A stretch of 64,000 nucleotides of DNA. Origin: the human T2T-CHM13v2.0 reference genome, Homo sapiens. Position 1 is the stretch's first letter. The number at the start of each line of letters is the position of its first letter. The translations under genes were made by a program, and so were the position numbers. Under the pieces are notes generated by a model. The model was not told the origin of the DNA and did not search any database. It saw only the letters and a program-made list of their open reading frames with translations. Where the stretch lies: NCBI RefSeq assembly GCF_009914755.1, contig NC_060938.1; one strand, written 5' to 3'. Shown piece after piece: positions 55,961 through 64,000 of the stretch.

Positions 55961-58900
55961 TTCCATTCCATTCCATACCATTCCATTCCATTAAACTCGG
56001 TTTAAATGAATTCCAGTCTATTCCATTCCAATCAATTCCATTCCATTCCATTCCATTCCACTCGGGTTAACTGCATTTCATTCCATTCCATTCCATTCCA
56101 TTCCATTATATTCCATTCCACTCGGTGTTGATTCAAATCCATGCTATTCCGTTCCATTCCATTACATTACATTCCACTCGAGTTGATTCAATTCCATTCT
56201 ATTCCCTTCCATTCCATTCCACTCCATTGCCTTCCATTCCATTCCACTCAGGTTAATTTAATTCAATTCTATTCCGTTCCATTCCATTCCATTCCTTTAC
56301 ACTCGGGTTGATTCCATTCCACTCCCTTGTATTTCACTACGTTCCATTCCATTCCATTCAATTCCATTGATTCCATTCGTGTTGATTCCATTCCATTACA
56401 TTCCATTACATTCCTTCCCTTTCCATTCCCTTCCGTTCCACAAGGGAGTTGATTTAATTCCATTCTATTCCATTCTATTCCATTGTATTCCATTCCATTC
56501 CATTCCATTCCGTTCTATTCCACTCCATTCCATTCCTTTCCATTCCATTCCATTCCATTCCATACCACTTGGATTGATTCAATTCCATTCTATTCCATTG
56601 CATTGCATTGCATTCCATTCCATTCCATTTCATTCCCTTCAATTCCACTCGGGTTGATTCAATTCCGTTCTATTCTACTCCATTCCATTCCTTTCAATTC
56701 CATTCCACTTGGGTTGATTCAATTCCTTTCTATTCCACTCCATTCCATTAAATTCGATTCCATTCCATTCGATTCCCCTCCATTCCATTCCATTCCACAG
56801 GAGTTGATTCAATTCCTATCTGTTCCATTCCAGTCCTTTCCATTCAATTCCATTCCATTCCATTCTATTCCACTCCATTTGCTTTCCATTCCATTCCATT
56901 CCATTCCATTCCATCCCATCCCATTCTGTTCTACTCGGAGTTGATTCAAATCCATTCTATTCCATTCCATTCTATTCCATTCCATTCCATTCTAGTCGGG
57001 TATATTCAATTGCATTCTGTTGTATTCCATTCCATTCCATTCCATTCCATTCCATTCCATTCCATTCCACTCCATTCCACTCATGTTAATGCAATTCATT
57101 TCTATTCCATTCCATTCCATTACATTCCATTCCACTCCATTCCATTCGGTTTGATTCCATTCCATTCTATTCAATTACATTCCTTTCCTTTCCATACCAT
57201 TCCATTCCATTGCATTCCACTTGGGTTTATTCAGTTGCATTCTATTCCATTCCATTCCATTCCATTCCATTCCATTTCTTTCAATTCCGCTTGAGTTGAT
57301 TCAATTCCATTCTATTTCATTCCATTCCTTTCCATTCTACTCTGGTGGGTTCCATTAATTTCCTTTCCATTCGATTCCATTCCATTCCATTCTATTCCAT
57401 TCCATTGCATTCCATTCTACTCTGGTGGGTTCCATTACTTTCCTTTCCATTCGATTCCATTCCATTCCATTCCATTCCATTCCATTCCATTCCATTCCAT
57501 TCCATTCCATTCCATTCCACTGAATTCCCTTCCTTTCCATTCCATTCCATTTAATTCCCCTCGGGTTGATTCATTTCCATGGAATTCCATTCCATTCCAT
57601 TCCTTTCCCCTCGGGTTGATTCAATTCCATTCTACTCCATTCCATTCCATTCCATTCCATTACATTCCATTCAATTCCATTCAATTCCATTCCGCTCGTG
57701 TTCATTCAATTCCATTCTATTCCATTCCATTCCATTCCTTTCCATTCCATTCCATTCCATTCCATTCGGGTTGATTCAATTCCATTCTATGCCATTCCAT
57801 TAAATTCCATTCCATTCCTTTCCATTCAATTCCATTGCGTTCCATTCAGCTCGGGTTGATTCAATTCCATTCTATTCCATTCCATTCCATTCCATTCTAC
57901 TCGGGTGGATTCCATTACTTTCATTTCCATTCGATTCCATTACATTCCATTCCACTCCATTCCCTTCCTTTCGTTCCATTCCAATGAAACCCACACGGAT
58001 TGATTCCATTCCATTCCACTCCATTCCATCCCATTCCATTCCATTCCATTCCTTTCCATTCCATTCCATTCCGTTCCTTTCCACTCGGGTAGATTCAATT
58101 CCATTCCATTCCATTCCATTCCATTCCATTCCAATCGATTCCATTCCACACGGGTTGATTCAATTCCGTTCTATTCCATTGCATTCCATTTACCTCCATT
58201 GCATTCCATTCCATTCCATTCGATTCCATTCCACTAGGGTTGATTCCATTCATTTCTATTCCATTCCATTCCATTCCATTCAATTCCACTCCGGTTGACT
58301 CAATTCCATTATATTGAATTCCATTCCATTCCATTCCATTCCATTCAATTCCTCTCCGGTTGAGTCGATTCCATTCTGTTCCATTCCATTCCATTCCGAT
58401 CCACTCGGGTTGATGAAATACCATTATATTCCATTCCATTCCATTCCATTCCATTCCATTCCATTCCATACCATTCCATTCCATTAAACTCGGTTTAAAT
58501 GAATTCCAGTCTATTCCATTCAAATCAATTCCATTCCATTCCATTCCACTCGGGTTAATTGCATTTCATTCCATTCCATTCCATTCCATTCCATTATATT
58601 CCATTCCACTCGGGTTGATTCAATTCCATTCTATTCCATTCCATTCAATTCCATTCCATTCCATTCCATTCCATACCATTCCATCCCATTCCACTCGGTG
58701 TTGATTCAAATCCATGCTATTCCATTCCATTCCATTACAGTACATTCCACTCGAGTTGATTCAATTCCATTCTATTCCCTTCCATTCCATTCCACTCCAT
58801 TGCCTTCCATTCCATTCCACTCAGGTTAATTTAATTCAATTCTATTCCGTTCCATTCCATTCCATTCCTTTACACTCGGGTTGATTCAATTCCACTCCCT

Positions 58901-59850
58901 TGTATTTCACTACGTTCCATTCCATTCCATTCAATTCCATTGATTCCATTCGTGTTGATTCCATTCCATTACATTCCATTACATTCCTTCCCTTTCCATT
59001 CCCTTCCATTCCATTCCACTGCACTCCATTCCATTCCATTCCGTTAAATTCCATTCCCTTTTATTCCACAAGGGAGTTGATTTAATTCCATTCTATTCCA
59101 CTCCATTCCATTCCTTTCCATTCCATTCCATTCCATTCCATACCACGTGGGTTGATTCAATTCCATTCTATTCCATTGCATTCCATTGCATTCCATTCCA
59201 TTCCATTTCATTCCCTTCAATTCCACTCGGGTTGATTCAATTCCGTTCTATTCTACTCCATTCCATTCCTTTCAATTCCATTCCCCTTGGGTTGATTCAA
59301 TTCCTTTCTATTCCACTCCATTCCATTAAATTCGATTCCATTCCATTCGATTCCCCTAAATTCCATTCCATTCCACAGGGGTTGATTCAATTCCTATCTG
59401 TTCCATTCCAGTCCTTTCCATTCAATTCCATTCCATTCCATTCTATTCCACTCCATTCATTTCCTTTCCATTCCATTCCATTCCATTCCATCCCATCCCA
59501 TTCTGTTCCACTCGGGGTTGATTCAAATCCATTCTATTCCATTCCATTCTATTCCATTCCATTCCATTCTACTCACGTATATTCAATTGCATTCTGTTGT
59601 ATTCCATTCCATTCCATTCCATTCCATTCCATTCCACTCCATTCCACTCATGTTAATGCAATTCATTTCTATTCCATTCCATTCCATTACATTCCATTCC
59701 ACTCCATTCCATTCGGTTTGATTCTATTCCATTCTATTCAATTACATTCCTTTCCTTTCCATACCATTCCATTCCATTGCATTCCACTTGGGTTTATTCA
59801 GTTGCATTCTATTCCATTCCATTCCATTCCATTCCATTCCATTCCACTCC

Positions 59851-62800
59851 ATTACATTCGAATCCATTCCATTCTATTCCATTTGCATCCGTTCCATTCC
59901 ATTCCATTCGGTTGAGACCATACCATTCCTTTTTATTCCCCTAGAGTCCATTCCATTCCATTGGAGTCCATTCCATTCCATGCATTCGAATCCGTTCCAT
60001 TCCACTCTATTCCATTTGATTCCATTCAATTCCGTTCCATTAGAGTCCATTCCATTCCATTTCATTCGAGTCCATTCCATTATATTCCATTCGTTTCCAT
60101 TGTATTCCATTTGAATCCATTCATTTCCATTCGAGCCAATTCCTTTCCATTATATTCGAGTCCATTCTATTCCATCCAATTCCATTTTAGTCAATTCCAT
60201 TCCATTCCATTCCATTCCATTCGAGAACCTCCAATCCCAACCCATTCCATTTGAGTAAATTCCATGTTATTCGATTCGAAACGATTCCATTCCATTCTTT
60301 CCTTTCGAATTAATTCCATTCCAATTCATTCGAGTCCATTCCATTACATTTAGTTCCATTCCTGTCCATTCCATTCAATTCCATTCTAAACCATTCCATT
60401 CCATTACATTTGAATCCATTCATTGCATTCCATTCCATTCCATTCGAGATCATGCCATTCCATCCCATTCCATTCCATTTGAGTCCATTCATTTCCATTC
60501 CATTCCATTTGATTCCATTCCGTTCCATTTCATTCCACTCGAGTCCTTTCAATTCCGTTCCATTCAATTCCATTCGATTCCATTCGATTCCATTCCATTT
60601 GTGTCAGTTCCATTCCATTCCATTCCATTCGTGTGCATTCCAATCCATTCGAGTCCATTTGATTCCATTCCTTTCCATTCAATGAGTCCATTCCATACCA
60701 TTATATTCCATTCGATTTAAGTTCATTAAATTCCTTTCCATTCCATTCGAGTCCATTCCATTCCATTGCATTTGAGTCCATTCCATTCAATTCCTTTCTA
60801 TTCGAGTCCATTCCTTTCTATTGTATTCGAGTCATTTCCATTCCATTACATTCGATTGTATTCCATTCCTTTCCATTCCATTTCACTCGAGCCGTTTCCA
60901 TTGCATTCCATTCCATTTGAGTCCATTCCATTTAATTCGAGTCCATTCCATGCCATTCTATTCGAGTCCATTCCATTCCATTCCATTCCTTTCCAATCCA
61001 TTCCATTCCATTCAATACCATTCCGTTACTTCTGAGTCCATTTCATTGCATTCCATTTGAGTCCATTCCTTTCCTTTCCATTCCATTAGACTCCATTCCA
61101 TTATATTCCATTCTAGTCCATTGCATTCCATTCCATTCGAGTCTGTTTCATTCCAGTCCATTCTATTCCAATCGAGTTCATTCCATTCCATTCCATTCCA
61201 TTCCATTCTTATCCATTCCACTCCATTCAAGTACATTCCATTCCATTCCATTTGAGTCCATTCCATTCCATTCCATTTGAGTCCATTCTATTCCTTTCCA
61301 TTCCATTCAAGTCGATTGCATTCCATTGTATTCAAGTCCATTCCACTGTATTCCATTCCTTTCAATTCCTTTCCATTCTATTCCATTCAGGACCATTCCA
61401 TTCCATTCCATTTGCACCCAGTGCATTCCATATGAGTACATTCCATTCCATTCCATTCGTGTCATTTCCATTCCATTCGAGTCCATTCATTTCCATTCGG
61501 GTCCATTCCATTCCCTTCGAGTCCATTCCATTCCATTCCACTCGAGTCCATTGATTCCATTCTATTCCCCTCGAGTCCATTCCATTACATTCCTTTCCAT
61601 TTCATTCCATTCCGTTCCATTAAATTCCATTCCTTTTCATTCCATTCCATTCAATACCAATCCATTCCTTTTGAGTCGGTTTCATTGCATTCCTTTCATG
61701 TCCGTTTCATTCCATTCCATTCCATTAGATTCCATTCCATTATATTCCATTGTAGTCAATTGCATTCCTTTCCATTCGAGTCCATTCCATTCTATTCTAT
61801 TACATTCGAATCCATTCCATTCAATTCTATTCCATTCCGTTCGGGTACATTCCACTCCATTCGAGTACATTCCATTCCATTTGAGTCCATTCCATTGCAT
61901 TCCGAGTCCATTCCATTCCATTCGAGTCCATTATATTCCATTCCATTCCATTGGAGTCGATTCCATTCCATTGCATTCAAGGCCATTCCACTGTATTCCA
62001 TCCCTTTCAAGTCCATTCCATTCTATTCCATTCGAGTCCATCCCATTCCATTCCTTTCGTATCCATTCCATTCCATTCGAATCCTTTCCATTCCATTCGA
62101 GTCCTTTCCATTCCATTCGAGTCTATTCCATTCCTTTCCATTACACTCTAGTCCATTGATTCCAGTCTATTCCCCTCAAATCCATTCCATTCCATTCCAC
62201 TCAAGTCCATTTCATTTCATTCCATTCCATTCCATTCGAGTCCATTCCATTCTATTCGAGTCCATTCCATTCCTTTTCATTAGAGTCCATTCCATTCAAT
62301 TCCTTTATATTTCATTCAAGTCCATTCCATTCCTTTTGAGACCATATAATTCCATTTCAGTCCACTGGAGTCCATTCCATTCCATTAAAGTTTATTTCGT
62401 TGGATTCCAATCCACTACATTCCATACTATTCCATTGGAGCCCATTCCATTTGATTTCATTCACTTCAAGTCCATTCCATTCTATTCGAGTCCATTTCAT
62501 TCCATTCCATTCCATTCCAGTCAATTGCATTCCTTTCTATTCCATTCAAAACTATTCCATTCCTTTTGATTCCATTCCAGTCCTCTCCATTCCATTCTAT
62601 TCAATTTTATTTCATTCCATTCCATTACATTACATTTTCGCCCAATACATTTCATTCGAGTTCATTCCATTCCATTTGATTCCACTGCATTTCATTCCAT
62701 TCGAATCCATACAATTTCATCCCATTCGAGTCAATTCTATTCCATTATGTTGCATTCCATTCTTTTCTGGTCTATTCCATTCCATTACATTCCACTTGGG

Positions 62801-64000
62801 TCCATTCCATTGCATTGCAATCGAGTCAATTCCGTTCAATTCTGTTCCATTTGAATGCATTCCTTTCCATTCCAATAGAGTTCATTCCAGTAAATTCCAA
62901 TCTGTTCCATTCGAGTCCGTTCCATTCCATGCCATTCATTTAATGGCCTTTCCGTTCCATAGGAGTCCACTCCATTCCATTCCTTTTAAATTCATTCCAT
63001 TCCATCACTTTCTATTCACTTCAACTCCATTCTAATCCATAACATTCCCTCCCATTGCATTGCATTGCATTACATTCCATTCCATTCCTTTCCATTCCAT
63101 TGCATTGCAATCCTTTCCATTCGAGTACATTGCATTCCATTCCTTTCCATTCCATTCGAGTCTGTTCCATTGCATTCCATTCCAGTCCGTTTAATTCCTT
63201 TCCATTCCATTCTAGTCCATTCCACTCCATTGCATTAGAGTCCATTACTTTCCATTCCATTCTATTTGAGTCCATTCATATTCTATTTGAGTCCATTCCA
63301 ATTCATTCCATTCGGCTCCATTCCATTCCATTCCAATCCATTCTTTTTGAGTCCACTCAATTCCATTCTATTCCATTCCAATACTTTCCTTTTGAGCCCA
63401 TTCAATTCCATTCCATTCCATTCGAGTCCATAAAATTCCATCTCATTCAATTCCATTCCATTACTCTCTATTCCATTCGAGTGCATTCCATTCAACTCCA
63501 ATAGATTGAAATCCATTCCATTCTATTCCATTTCAATCCCTTCCATTCCATTCCATTTCATTTGAGACCATAGCATTCCATTCCATTCAACTAGAGTCCA
63601 CTGCATTCCATTCGAGTCCATTCCATTCCATTGCATTTGAGTTTATTCCATTCCACTTTGTTACATTTGAGTCCTTTCTATTCCATTCCATTCCATTCCA
63701 TTCGAGTACATTGCATTCTATTGCATTTGAGTCCATTCCATCACCCTCTATTCCATTTGAGTCCATTCCTTTCCATTCCATTCCATTCGAGTCCTTTCCA
63801 TTCCAGTCCATTCCATTCGAGTCCATTCCATTCTATTCCATTCGTGTCCATTCCATTCCATTCGAATCCATTCCATTCCATTCGAGCCAATTCCATTCCT
63901 TTATATTCGAGTCCATTCTATTCCATTCCATTCCATTTGGGTCCATTCCATTGCATTACCTTCGAGACCATCCAATCCAAACCCATTCCAGGAGTGTCCA
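59851..64000 (+). repeat. Diverged Satellite III array of a different type (TTCGAGTCC-containing, HSat3A-like)
   Basis: Still CATTC-based, but ACTCGGGTTG disappears and TTCGAGTCC/TTTGAGTCC/TTCGAATCC become the interspersed motif. Perfect pentamer runs are much shorter. The 'A' label is from recollection and was not computed. Confidence 0.88.

Larger units (their letters stand above)
1..59850 (+). repeat. Satellite III (HSat3) array, CAACCCGAGT-containing (HSat3B-like) type; C-rich strand on + except 52,801-53,222
   Basis: Continuous (ATTCC)n interspersed at short intervals with ACTCGGGTTG or variants (ACTCGAGTTG, ACTTGGGTTG, ACTAGGGTTG, ACACGGGTTG). The CAACCCGAGT decamer within (GGAAT)n is the classical Satellite III signature. 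The HSat3 call is secure; the 'B' label comes from my recollection of subfamily motifs and was not computed. Confidence 0.95.
31023..59850 (+). repeat. Variable-length higher-order units (2.5-4.1 kb) built from the same modules
   Basis: The same landmark recurs at 34719, 37443 (AATGAAAGCC), 41255, 45161, 48388, 52530, 55075 and 57983 (spacings 3696, 2724, 3812, 3906, 3227, 4142, 2545, 2908). Module order is the same, with internal deletions and duplications. Confidence 0.88.

Noticed and set aside
1-59850. Recurring ACTCGGGTTGATTCAATTCCATTCTATT motif resembling CRISPR repeats
   Set aside because: The intervening sequence is pentamer satellite of irregular length, not unique spacers. There are no cas genes and no leader; the motif is the standard Satellite III decamer context.
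1-64000. Hundreds of ORFs up to 354 aa (FHSIP / MEWNG repeats)
   Set aside because: These are direct translations of (CATTC)n and (GGAAT)n, which have no stop codon in any frame. They overlap in all frames, have no domain-like content and recur with the satellite period.
59851-64000. HSat2 or DYZ1 identity for the distal segment
   Set aside because: It lacks the dominant CATTCGATTC/GATGATTCC pattern of HSat2, and I cannot recognise a specific DYZ1 match by eye. Only a generic HSat3A-like call is made.
1-64000. Assignment to a specific chromosome or species
   Set aside because: There is no unique flanking sequence; this needs mapping to T2T assemblies.

Overview
The whole window is pentameric (CATTC)n/(GGAAT)n satellite DNA of the human/great-ape Satellite III (HSat3) type, with the C-rich strand on +. 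I see no gene, RNA gene, mobile element or CRISPR array; all ORFs are translations of the pentamer. The interest is structural. (1) 1-~59,850 is an array carrying the ACTCGGGTTG (=CAACCCGAGT) decamer (HSat3B-like), organised in kb-scale higher-order units: five homogeneous ~4.5-4.6 kb units in the middle and more variable 2.5-4.1 kb units distally. Above that level there is a ~26-29 kb and a ~7.3 kb super-duplication, both identifiable from shared private variants. (2) A 422-bp strand inversion at 52,801-53,222 has a 50-bp fold-back palindrome at its left end, a displaced ~35-bp fragment at its right end and ~640 bp net loss; an unrearranged paralogue lies ~7 kb upstream. (3) At ~59,850 the sequence switches abruptly to a much more diverged TTCGAGTCC-type (HSat3A-like) array with CpG decay and cryptic ~3.7 kb and ~0.64 kb periodicities. 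I found no coding or novel enzymatic system. All alignments were made by eye, so coordinates of internal breakpoints are approximate, and subfamily and chromosome assignments need a database check.
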